Source: Verrucomicrobiota bacterium
GTDB lineage: Bacteria > Verrucomicrobiota > Verrucomicrobiia > Limisphaerales > Palsa-1400
Length of the DNA: 44,551 bases
NCBI GenBank assembly: GCA_049522055.1
Contig: JBEKOF010000002.1
Location: 1 to 44,551 of the forward strand
Direction: 5' to 3'
The translations under genes were made by a program, and so were the position numbers. Shown here piece after piece: positions 9,461 to 17,767 of this stretch; positions within the stretch are counted from its first letter, which is position 1, and each line of letters begins with the position of its first letter. Below the pieces are notes generated by a model. The model did no database searches. It had not been told where the DNA came from and saw only the letters and a program-made list of their open reading frames with translations.

Positions 9461-10177
9461 ATGAGAGTGATACAACCGAATTGCCGGGTTCAATTCACGG
9501 CCCAGGACATCGCATTCATCATGAAAGTCCTGGATAAAAAGGAAAACGCGGCCTCGCTGGTCTCGCTGCTGACGGATCCCGAGACGCGCGATTTGATATT
9601 GGACGATGAGGCGCTGTTTCACGCGCTGCTGGAACAGCGGGAGTGCCTGAGTGTCTCCAGCCATTTTTATTTTTACATTCTGGTGCGCCATGTCCTGCGG
9701 CAGGCGGGGATTGAGGACCGCGCGGTGGCGGATTATGTGGCGGAGATGCTCGCGGAATTCTCCCGCGAGGAACGCCGCCGGCTGAGCGTCTCCGGCCAGC
9801 CGGGGCCGCTGGAGTATTTTTTTGACATGCTGGCGGCGCTGCAATCGGCCGACGACCACACGGCTTTCTGCATTCGGGCGCACATTGGGAATCACTCGCT
9901 TTTTCTGTCCGGCGTTTTTCCGGATCGCATCCGGCAGCGGGCGGAGCGGCGGGCCTGTCCGGATTTGGAGTATTACGAGGAGTTGGGGCGGATAAACTTT
10001 CGGGTGGCGGGCAACCATCGGCTGGCGCGGCGCTACGATCTGGCCCCGATCTTTGACACGCTTTCCACGCGTTTTGGAAAAACGCGCCTGGCCTTGAACG
10101 ACTTGGCGGAACGGCTCTTTTCGCTGGGCGACCCGGAGCCGCCGCTGCTCCAGTTGCTCAACAAGGCGGAGGGGTGA
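9461..10177 (+). CDS. Conserved-looking hypothetical protein
   Basis: 238 aa ORF with host-like codon use and protein-like sequence (HIGNHSLFLSGVFPD, YYEELG). Function not recognised. Confidence 0.75.
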   Translation: MRVIQPNCRVQFTAQDIAFIMKVLDKKENAASLVSLLTDPETRDLILDDEALFHALLEQRECLSVSSHFYFYILVRHVLRQAGIEDRAVADYVAEMLAEFSREERRRLSVSGQPGPLEYFFDMLAALQSADDHTAFCIRAHIGNHSLFLSGVFPDRIRQRAERRACPDLEYYEELGRINFRVAGNHRLARRYDLAPIFDTLSTRFGKTRLALNDLAERLFSLGDPEPPLLQLLNKAEG

Positions 10178-10183
10178 TACGTG

Positions 10184-10861
10184 CTAGAACAGACCTTTCT
10201 GTGATGGTTGGTAGCCACGGGGAGCAGACACCCGTTCCGCCACGTGGCCATTCCGAAGGGCAACACCCTCCGCAGCATTTTGCTCCACGTCCTCGTTGCC
10301 CCACTGCCGCCACCCCTTCCGCTGGAATCGGGCAAAAAGTTCTAGCCGAGGGCCGGGTGAACAGGATTCGATAATGGGGTAAAGTTCATCTGGCTTACGG
10401 GAATGCTCACGTTTTCGAGTGACAATGATATTGGTCTGCTTACGCCCCGGCTCCAGGGTTCGGTTATTCTTGCCCTTCACTCCAAAAAGAACCAACTCAG
10501 TCACATTACGGAAATAAAAACCGACCCCCCGACCATCCGGGCCGCCGTCTTTGCGGACCTTATACCAAGTGAGAACGGACTTGTAATCAAAACCCCATGC
10601 GTCAACCACCTCCAACCCCCAGCTTAGCAACGCATTCGGCACCCACAGGTATAAGTGTGCTTTGGGGGCTGCCAATTCCGCGACCGGCAGCCCCTTTATT
10701 TCTTCAATGCTCAGGGTTGGATACCTGAGCAGCCGTTTGTGCTCCGGCGCCATTTTGCCAGTGCGATTAGCAAAACGCCACGGCGGGTCAGCAAGGATGG
10801 TTGCGTATTGGCCGTGAACTCTATTTAGCAAATCTTCTGCTGGGCTAATGTTTTGCGTCAT
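10184..10861 (-). CDS. MT-A70-family adenine methyltransferase
   Basis: ILADPPW, HLYLWVPN, AWGFDYKS, GVGFYFRNVTEL, REHSRKPDE, LELFAR. Visibly AT-richer than the flanks. Confidence 0.92.
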   Translation of the reverse strand: MTQNISPAEDLLNRVHGQYATILADPPWRFANRTGKMAPEHKRLLRYPTLSIEEIKGLPVAELAAPKAHLYLWVPNALLSWGLEVVDAWGFDYKSVLTWYKVRKDGGPDGRGVGFYFRNVTELVLFGVKGKNNRTLEPGRKQTNIIVTRKREHSRKPDELYPIIESCSPGPRLELFARFQRKGWRQWGNEDVEQNAAEGVALRNGHVAERVSAPRGYQPSQKGLF

Positions 10862-11435
10862 ACAAGGACTTTTTCATGCCAAAAACCAATAGGGGACATC
10901 CTGCCCCACCCCCGCCCAAAATTCGAGGCACAAGTTTGGACATGTGCGTTGTCGAATTGCCGTAAGAGGAACCACGACCGAGCTCGTTGAAGATTTCCTG
11001 TAGTTCATCGGAACGCGTGAGGATGATCCCGACGGAAATGGCGCGAAGGTCGAACAGCAATCGAAAATTGTTCAAATCCCGATCATAGAACGGGTCCTTA
11101 TTATTCCATTCCAGTTCCAAGGCAACCCGGTTTTTGAAGCAGTCAATTTCATGCGTTGGGGATTCAGATTCCTGGCCATCAACTGAGATTTTGGTGTCGA
11201 AATTCTTCGGTTTCCAACCCTTCAGCCCCAACTCTTTATCTATCCATTTGGCGAGTTCGCTTTTATTGCCGCCACCAACCTCGATCCAGGTCTTTCGCAA
11301 CCTGAGCCTGCACAAAACCTCACCCACGTCAGCATACTCACTGGGAAAATCGTTCTGTAGAATTGCCGTAGCGTGCCGCCACTCGTGCAGTTCATAATTC
11401 TTCCGAATAAAGTCAGGCAACTTCTCTGTGCTCAT
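10845..11435 (-). CDS. BglII/BstYI-family type II restriction endonuclease
   Basis: From ATG 11435 (MSTEKLPDF): GGGNKS, THEIDCFKNRVALELEWNNKDPFYDRDL, YGNSTTH, GGGAGCP. Overlaps the MT-A70 start by 17 nt. Confidence 0.85.
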   Translation of the reverse strand: MSTEKLPDFIRKNYELHEWRHATAILQNDFPSEYADVGEVLCRLRLRKTWIEVGGGNKSELAKWIDKELGLKGWKPKNFDTKISVDGQESESPTHEIDCFKNRVALELEWNNKDPFYDRDLNNFRLLFDLRAISVGIILTRSDELQEIFNELGRGSSYGNSTTHMSKLVPRILGGGGAGCPLLVFGMKKSLYDAKH

Positions 11436-11509
11436 AGGGGGAGTTTGCGCAAGTTGTTGATTTAGATCCAGTTGGATCTTGAATGAGTTTCTCGGGCAGC
11501 TTTTCCGGT

Positions 11510-13111
11510 TTATCGCGGCAGTTTGCGATAGAGTTCGAGGCGGCAGTCGAAGCCGCCGAAATCCACCGGCTGACGGGATTGCAATTTGAGGGCGGGGTGC
11601 GGGTTCTCCATGGGCAACGGGTTGGCCAGCACGAGCCTGCCGCCGGGTTGCAGCACGGCGGCGGCCACGCGGAAGAGGTCTTCCATCAGCCGGCGGACAT
11701 CGGCCAGAGGAACGCGCCGGCCCATAGGGGGGTTGGTGATGATGAGGGTGGGGCGGTCGGAGCCGAGGGCGTCGGCGGCGGGAAAGTCGCGGAAGTCGGA
11801 GCGGGTAAACGTAGTATTGACAGACTTGGCGCGCAAGGCGGCGAAGTTGGCCCTGGCAATGGCGATGGCGGCGGGGTCGCGATCCGAGCCGTAAATGGCG
11901 CGCACGCCGCCCAAGAGAACGCGCTCCATGAGTTCGGAACCGGAACCGCAAAACGGGTCCCAAACGATTTCATGGCCGGCCCTTCCCGCCAGGCGCGCCA
12001 GGCAGGCGGCCAGTGGGGGGTGCGAGGCGGCCGGAACGTCTTGCTGCCGGTAGCGAAAACGCGGATCGGGGGTGAGGTTTGGGCGCAATTCCAGGGCGTG
12101 GCCCCGCCCGCCCGGCTGGATGTCTATGGTCCAAGTGACATTGCGGGCGTCATTAAGAATTTCCGGGCAGAGGGCAAAGACGCGGCCGGCCAGACGGCGC
12201 ACCAGGCTTCTTTGGTGGCCCCGGGAGACAAAGTTGAGGCGATAGCGGATCGTTCCGTCGGTGAAGGCACGGAACACGCGGCGCGACGAAGGCGACGCAA
12301 TGGCCGCGGCCTGCGCCGCCACGGGATCCTCCGCTCCAGGAGGATGTGGGGGAGAAGAAGGGCGCGGCGGTTCAAAGGGGCCGGGAACAAAGCCGACGGT
12401 TCCGAAGCAGCGGAGCGCGTAAATGTCCGCCAGGGCGAAAGGGGCCAGCGGGGTGAGGGAAACGAGGCCGGGGCGGACATCGGCGACGCGGAACTTGCCG
12501 CGCGCGCTGACGGATTCCTCCGCCTCCCGGCGGACGAAGCCTTCCAGGCCGCGGCGACCGCGGAGATGAATCCGCAGGCCGGCGAAATCGGAGAGGAGGC
12601 GGCGCATTCGCAGCGCGCTGGGACTTTGGGCGCGGGCGACACTGGCTTTGACCTTCTGCTCCGTTTGGGAAAGGAAGGGAGGGGAGCCTTGCTGGATGGA
12701 ATGGAGCGTGGCAGCGCCACCGATCTTCTCCAGAGACCGCGCGAGATATTTCTGCTCGCGCTCCAGAGTGGTCGAGCGGAGCAAGGAAAGCAGTTCGGCC
12801 TCTTCGCCCGGGCCGGCGCCGATTTTTGGGAGGGCGTTCATGGCGTAGCGCCGGATTTTTTCGCAAGGATCGTGGAGCAGGCCCAGAAGCCACCGCCGCA
12901 CGGCGTCCTTGTGTTCGGCGGGGCCGGATTCAGAAAAGACAACGCCGACGGCGCGAATGAGGGCGACGCTTTGCCTTCGTTGATTGGGATCGGCGGCATT
13001 GAACCGCGTCGTCTCCGCAGCCCACAACTGAGGCCACGAGAGGGCGCGCAAGCGGCAGTAGAGTTGCTTGTCGGGATTTGGTTCGCCGCTTTTCATGCCG
13101 GGACGGGACAA
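11510..13111 (-). CDS. HEAT-like repeat N-terminus fused to an RlmL/Trm14-like (UPF0020) SAM-dependent methyltransferase
   Basis: C-term AASHPPLAACLARLA, VWDPFCGSG, GSDRD..IAIARAN, ITNPPMG. N-term LLHDPCEKIRRYAMNALPKIG and LARSLEKIGG are HEAT-like. Start could be ATG 13096. Confidence 0.75.
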   Translation of the reverse strand: MSRPGMKSGEPNPDKQLYCRLRALSWPQLWAAETTRFNAADPNQRRQSVALIRAVGVVFSESGPAEHKDAVRRWLLGLLHDPCEKIRRYAMNALPKIGAGPGEEAELLSLLRSTTLEREQKYLARSLEKIGGAATLHSIQQGSPPFLSQTEQKVKASVARAQSPSALRMRRLLSDFAGLRIHLRGRRGLEGFVRREAEESVSARGKFRVADVRPGLVSLTPLAPFALADIYALRCFGTVGFVPGPFEPPRPSSPPHPPGAEDPVAAQAAAIASPSSRRVFRAFTDGTIRYRLNFVSRGHQRSLVRRLAGRVFALCPEILNDARNVTWTIDIQPGGRGHALELRPNLTPDPRFRYRQQDVPAASHPPLAACLARLAGRAGHEIVWDPFCGSGSELMERVLLGGVRAIYGSDRDPAAIAIARANFAALRAKSVNTTFTRSDFRDFPAADALGSDRPTLIITNPPMGRRVPLADVRRLMEDLFRVAAAVLQPGGRLVLANPLPMENPHPALKLQSRQPVDFGGFDCRLELYRKLPR

Positions 13112-13112
13112 T

Positions 13113-15887
13113 TCAAGCCACGATGTTGACGAGTTTGCGCGGGATGATGATGAATTTTTTCACGGGGCGGCCTTCGAGGAAAAGTTTGATCTTCTCGCCG
13201 GCCAGGGCGGCCGATTCGATGTCCGCATTGGAGGCGTCGGGGGCGATGACGATGCGGTCGCGGAGCTTGCCGTTGATTTGGACGGGGATTTCGATAGTTT
13301 CCTCCACGAGCAGAGCGGGATCAAACTTGGGCCAGGGCTGGTAGGAAAGGCTGGGAGGCGGGAGTTGGGCGGCCGTCAATTTGGCGAACAGTTCCTCGGC
13401 CAGATGCGGGGCAAAAGGGTGCAGCAAAACCAAGAAGTCGCGCAGGATGGAGGCGGGCCTGGTTTCCCAGGTGATGGCGTCGTTGATAAAGACCATGAGG
13501 GCGGAGATGGCGGTGTTGAAGCGGAAGGCGTCGAGGTCTTCGGTGACTTTCTTGATGCAGGTGTGCAAGGTTTTGAGCTGGGCGGCGGAGGGCGGGATGT
13601 GCTGGACGGCGGGGCTGAGTTGAATTTTTTCCAGCGCGGCCGGGTCTTCGTCGCGGCGGGCGGTCTGGGATTGATCAAAATCGGTTTGACTCTGCTCGTC
13701 CACGAACAGGCGCCAGACGCGGCCGAGGAAGCGATAGACGCCTTCGACGCCGCGGGTGTTCCAGGGTTTGACCATTTCCAGCGGGCCGAGGAACATTTCG
13801 TAGAGGCGGAAGGAGTCGGCGCCGTATTGGAGAAGAACGTCGTCGGGGTTGACGACGTTGCCGCGGGACTTGGACATTTTTTGTCCGTCCTCGCCCAGGA
13901 TCAAGCCCTGATTGACCAGTTTGAAAAAAGGTTCCGGGGTGGAGACGTATCCGAGATCGAAGAGAACGTTGTGCCAGAAGCGCGCGTAGAGGAGATGGAG
14001 GACGGCGTGTTCGATGCCGCCCACATAGAGGTCCACGCCGGGCGCGGCCGCTGGGTGAGCGCCCATCCAATAATGCTCAGCCTCCGGGCCGACAAAGGCG
14101 GCGGCATTATTCGGGTCGAGGAAGCGGAGGAAGTACCAGCAGCTTCCGGCCCACTGGGGCATGGTGTTGGTTTCGCGGAAGGCGCCGCCGCGCAGGGCGA
14201 CCCAATCTTTGGCGCGGGCCAGGGGAGGTTCGCCGGCGGGGGTGGGCTTGAAATCGGACAATTCGGGGGGACGGAGCGGGAGGAGGGATTCGGGAATTGG
14301 CTCGTGGCCGTCGGGTCTCCAGACAATGGGAAAGGGTTCGCCCCAATAGCGCTGGCGGCTGAAGAGCCAGTCGCGCAATTTATAGTTGACAGTTTTGCGT
14401 CCGAGCTTTTTTTCATCGAGCCAGGCGACGACTTTTTTCTTCGCCGCCGGGGTGGGCAGGCCGGAGAGGAAACCGGAGTTAACGCTGATGCCGTCGCCGA
14501 GAAAGCCGATGGAGTCCGCGCCGACGGGGGCCTGGACGACGAGGCGGACGGGGAGGCCGAACTTGCGGGCGAAATCCAGGTCGCGGGCGTCATGGGCGGG
14601 GACGGCCATGATGGCGCCGGTGCCGTAGCTGGCGAGGACATAGTCGGCGATCCAAACGGGGATGCGCTCGGAGTTGACGGGGTTGTCGGCATAGACGCCG
14701 ATGAAGACGCCGGTTTTTTCCCTGGAGGTTTCAGTGCGTTCGAGGTCGCTCCTGGCGGCGGCGAACTGGCGGTATTGCTCGACGGCGGCGCGGGGCGAGG
14801 GGGCGCCGCCTTTCCAGGAATCGGGCGTGCCTTCGGGCCAGTGTGTGGGCACGACTTCGTGTTCCAACCACTTGGCGATCATGGGATGTTCCGGGGCCAG
14901 GACCATGTAAGTGGCGCCAAAGAGAGTGTCGGGGCGGGTGGTGAAGACGGGGAGAAGCCAGGTTTGGTAGCGGGTCTCGTATTTAAGAGGCCCGGGAAGG
15001 ATGCGCCCGACGCGAAAGGAGACTCTGGCGCCTTCGCTGCGGCCGATCCAGTTGCGTTGCATATCCTTGAGGGAGTCGCTCCAATGAATTTTATCCAAAC
15101 CTTCCAGGAGGCGGTCGGCGTAGGCGGTGATGCGGAGCATCCATTGGCGCATGGGCCGGCGGACGACGGGAAAACCGCCGACCTCGCTTTTGCCCTCGAC
15201 GACTTCCTCATTGGCCAGGACGGTGCCCAGTTCTTCGCACCACCAAACGGGGGCTTCGGTGACATAGGCCAGGCGCTGGTTGTCGCGGTATTGGCGGATG
15301 GCTGCCGGGGAGAGATCGCCGGGGGGTTCGGGCAGTGTGGTCAGAGGTTCGGCCTTTTTGGTGGCGGGGTTGAACCAGGAATTGTAGAGCTTGAGGAAAA
15401 TCCACTGGGTCCATTTGAAATAGCCGGGGTCGGTGGTGTCTATTTCGCGGGTCCAGTCGTAACTGAAACCGAGGGCCTTGATCTGGCGCTTGAAGACGGC
15501 GATGTTGGCCTGGGTGGTCTGGCGGGGGTGCTGGCCGGTGCGGATGGCGTATTGTTCGGCGGGCAGGCCGAAGGCGTCCCAGCCCATGGGATGGAGGACG
15601 TTGCAGCCCAGGGCGCGGCGGTAACGGGCCAGGATGTCGGTGGCGGTGTAGCCCTCCGGATGGCCGACGTGCAGGCCGGCCCCGGAAGGATAGGGGAACA
15701 TGTCAAGAATATAGAATTTCGGCGGAAGCCGGTCCGGAGGAACGGGGCCGCGGAGGCCGTGGCGGAGGGCGAAGGGGTGGTCCGGGGGGACCGGCTCCAA
15801 GGGGTTCCAGGCGCGGAAAGTGGATTGGGCGTCCCAAAATTGCTGCCATTTGGGTTCGATGAGATGGAAAGGATATTGCCGGCGCAT
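13113..15887 (-). CDS. leuS: Leucine--tRNA ligase
   Basis: DMFPYPSGAGLHVGH, FTTRPDTLFG editing domain, DWLFSRQRYWGEP, KMSKSRGN. Confidence 0.98.
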   Translation of the reverse strand: MRRQYPFHLIEPKWQQFWDAQSTFRAWNPLEPVPPDHPFALRHGLRGPVPPDRLPPKFYILDMFPYPSGAGLHVGHPEGYTATDILARYRRALGCNVLHPMGWDAFGLPAEQYAIRTGQHPRQTTQANIAVFKRQIKALGFSYDWTREIDTTDPGYFKWTQWIFLKLYNSWFNPATKKAEPLTTLPEPPGDLSPAAIRQYRDNQRLAYVTEAPVWWCEELGTVLANEEVVEGKSEVGGFPVVRRPMRQWMLRITAYADRLLEGLDKIHWSDSLKDMQRNWIGRSEGARVSFRVGRILPGPLKYETRYQTWLLPVFTTRPDTLFGATYMVLAPEHPMIAKWLEHEVVPTHWPEGTPDSWKGGAPSPRAAVEQYRQFAAARSDLERTETSREKTGVFIGVYADNPVNSERIPVWIADYVLASYGTGAIMAVPAHDARDLDFARKFGLPVRLVVQAPVGADSIGFLGDGISVNSGFLSGLPTPAAKKKVVAWLDEKKLGRKTVNYKLRDWLFSRQRYWGEPFPIVWRPDGHEPIPESLLPLRPPELSDFKPTPAGEPPLARAKDWVALRGGAFRETNTMPQWAGSCWYFLRFLDPNNAAAFVGPEAEHYWMGAHPAAAPGVDLYVGGIEHAVLHLLYARFWHNVLFDLGYVSTPEPFFKLVNQGLILGEDGQKMSKSRGNVVNPDDVLLQYGADSFRLYEMFLGPLEMVKPWNTRGVEGVYRFLGRVWRLFVDEQSQTDFDQSQTARRDEDPAALEKIQLSPAVQHIPPSAAQLKTLHTCIKKVTEDLDAFRFNTAISALMVFINDAITWETRPASILRDFLVLLHPFAPHLAEELFAKLTAAQLPPPSLSYQPWPKFDPALLVEETIEIPVQINGKLRDRIVIAPDASNADIESAALAGEKIKLFLEGRPVKKFIIIPRKLVNIVA

Positions 15888-15935
15888 GGTTGGATGGAAC
15901 GCGTGGAAGGGGTCAAGATTCCGGGTGGTGGCGGC

Positions 15936-16592
15936 TTATTCCTTTCCCTGCGGAATGACTCCCTCTTGAATCAGTTTTTTGAGTTTGGGAGTGATGACGA
16001 ATTGGCAGTAGCCGGCGTTTTTGTTCAGGTTGTAATAATTTTGGTGATAATCCTCGGCGGGGTAAAAGGCTTTGAGGGGAACGATTTGGGTGACGATGGG
16101 GTCTTTGAAGTTTTTTTGCGCAGCGGACTTGGAGGCTTCGGCGATCTTCTGCTGCGATGGATCGTTGTAGAGAATGATGGAGCGGTATTGGGTGCCGGTG
16201 TCGGCGCCCTGGCGGTTGAGGGTGGTGGGATCGTGGGCTTCCCAGAAGATTTCCAGGAGTTTGGAGTACGGGAGGACGGAGGGATCGAATTTGATTTGGA
16301 TCACTTCGGCGTGGCCGGTATCGCCGGCGCAGACCTGCTGGTAGGTTGGGTTGGGAACGGTGCCGCCGGCAAAGCCGGAGGTGACGGATTTGACGCCGGG
16401 AATGCGCTGGAAAACGGCTTCGGCGCACCAAAAGCAGCCGCCGCCGAAAGTGGCGGTTTCGGTTTTTGCGGGCGCGTTGGTGGAGGGAGTTTGGGCGTTC
16501 ATGGCAAGAGGGAGCAGACCCGGCAAGACGCCGGCAGCCAGGAGGGCCAGCAGACGGGCGCCGGTGTTCGAGAAGCGAGGATACACTTTCAT
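15936..16592 (-). CDS. msrA: Peptide-methionine (S)-S-oxide reductase with signal peptide
   Basis: GGGCFWC, GHAEV, HDPTTLNRQG.D.GTQYRS, FYPAEDYHQNYY. ATG 16592 gives a Sec-like leader. Confidence 0.95.
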   Translation of the reverse strand: MKVYPRFSNTGARLLALLAAGVLPGLLPLAMNAQTPSTNAPAKTETATFGGGCFWCAEAVFQRIPGVKSVTSGFAGGTVPNPTYQQVCAGDTGHAEVIQIKFDPSVLPYSKLLEIFWEAHDPTTLNRQGADTGTQYRSIILYNDPSQQKIAEASKSAAQKNFKDPIVTQIVPLKAFYPAEDYHQNYYNLNKNAGYCQFVITPKLKKLIQEGVIPQGKE

Positions 16593-16701
16593 GCAAAGGA
16601 AGTTAGACGATGGCAAGGCGGGCTTCAAGTGGTAATGGAGGCGTGAAGGCACAGGGAGGACTCGTTGAAGGCCGGCAGGAGCGGCGGTAATGGCGCGCAC
16701 C

Positions 16702-16798
16702 TGGCGGTGGCTTGGTGATTTGGTCTGAATCCTCCAATCATAAGCACTTTGCCAAGGATTCGCTTTTTGCGGTCAAACCTGCTTTTTACTTTGACTGG
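16702..16798 (-). repeat. Dispersed ~100-bp repeat, copy B
   Basis: Reverse complement matches 24-123 (~88%). Preceded on the minus strand by GTCAAA units at ~10-bp spacing. Confidence 0.9.
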
Positions 16799-16922
16799 CT
16801 TTGACGGGGTTTGACGCTGGGTTGACTTTAACGATAAAGGTGAGGTCTCGTTTTCACCAGATGTGGCGGCGACCGGCCACTTGCGCTGGCATTCGATTTG
16901 CCATACCCCTCCCATGCGAAAC

Positions 16923-16951
16923 AGTGTAGCATATTAGCTAAGTGATGTCAA
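16923..16951 (-). promoter_or_regulatory. Near-consensus sigma70 promoter firing leftward (towards repeat copy B and msrA)
   Basis: TTGACA (16951-16946) - 17 nt - TACACT (16928-16923). An ATG at 16915 sits at the predicted TSS. Confidence 0.65.
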
Positions 16952-16970
16952 GCTCTTTTTTAGGAATTAT

Positions 16971-17038
16971 GGCTTTCCCCAACTACGTTTCAATAAACAC
17001 TTGCTGTGCAATATGTTGGATGTTGTATTGGGTTAAAG
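16971..17038 (+). repeat. 68-bp direct repeat, copy 1
   Basis: 62/68 identical and ungapped versus 17669-17736. Confidence 0.92.
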
Positions 17039-17087
17039 TATTGATTGACGCCCACGACCCCCGATGTTCCCAGGATCCTTTCGCAAC

Positions 17088-17325
17088 ATGTCAATAGTCA
17101 TCTCTGACCTTTATGGGCAGTCGCGGTTATCTGACCTGGCTGCTGCAACGGCAAGGCAAAAGAGCGTCAAATATGACAATACCACGTACCGACCCCTCCG
17201 CCTCGACTGATTTGGCATCAGACAGAGCGCATGCACCTGCCAGCCTGTTTTCTGCCACCACGACAAATTTGGGCCAGAGACGGCAACCTGTCAATAAAAT
17301 ATGTGATTATGCAGGACTGACCCCT
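17088..17325 (+). repeat. Three copies of the motif ATGWSAWTA-N7-CYGACC (17088-17109, 17173-17194, 17301-17322)
   Basis: atgtcaata-gtcatct-ctgacc, atgacaata-ccacgta-ccgacc(cc), atgtgatta-tgcagga-ctgacc(cc): identical spacing in all three. Confidence 0.65.
17113..17197 (+). pseudogene. Probable C-terminal remnant of a REP-associated tyrosine (Y1/RAYT-like) transposase
   Basis: MGSRGYLTWLLQRQGK..NMTIPRTDP resembles, from recall only, the C-terminal HTH tail of verrucomicrobial RAYT-like proteins that end in a TGACCCC-type motif. No HUH motif remains. Confidence 0.4.
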
Positions 17326-17507
17326 TTCCTGATTTTCATTGCGATTCTCTTGGCGTTCTTCTTCAACTGGCACTCCCAAAACCGCAGCACAGTCCATCCC
17401 CGTTTCCGCAACTCCCGATTAACCGCTAAATCCCGCTTTCGGTTATGCTCAATCTTGGACCGCCAGTAGAGGACGTTCGACTTGGGCGGTCGGTAGCACT
17501 TCGGGCA
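17307..17507 (-). pseudogene. vsr: Very-short-patch repair endonuclease (Vsr) C-terminal fragment; not in the ORF track
   Basis: Translates CPKCYRPPKSNVLYWRSKIEHNRKRDLAVNRELRKRGWTVLRFWECQLKKNAKRIAMKIRKGVSPA*. The upstream DGCFWHG motif and the start codon are missing. Confidence 0.85.
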
Positions 17508-17668
17508 GGCTGAAGGAAGACGAGCAACCTTGGATCGTCTGCCCTCGAAGATTGCTGTCGCTGAGGACCGGCAAGGGCCCAGATTATCAGACGCACGTTA
17601 AGCGGCATTTATTGCACTACGCAGAACTATCTCTCTGTCTGACGGCTGATGCCCTGTCAATTCCTGCA

Positions 17669-17736
17669 GGCGTTCCCCAAATACGTTTCAATAGACAGTT
17701 GCTGTGCAATATGTTGCATGTTGTATGGGGTTAAAG
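17669..17736 (+). repeat. 68-bp direct repeat, copy 2
   Basis: 62/68 identical to 16971-17038. Confidence 0.92.
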
Positions 17737-17767
17737 CCCAGGATTCCGGGGAAGGAGCGAATCCGTT

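Noticed and set aside
11436-11963. N-terminal extension of the 372-aa endonuclease ORF
   Set aside because: Arg/Pro-rich off-frame read of the upstream methyltransferase; composition shifts at ATG 11435.
13068-16646. 1192-aa + strand ORF (likewise 731-2971, 11483-13129, 21028-23283, 23393-25015, 35616-37175)
   Set aside because: Antisense shadows of well-supported genes in high-GC DNA; no recognisable motifs.
17198-17469. Remainder of the 118-aa ORF 17113-17469 as a real membrane protein
   Set aside because: Its hydrophobic stretch is the antisense of the Lys-rich Vsr fragment; the ORF is a chance fusion of relics.
16971-17736. CRISPR array or integron attC array
   Set aside because: Only two long repeats, irregular spacing of the short motif, no RYYYAAC/GTTRRRY palindromic attC structure recognised, and no cas or intI gene.
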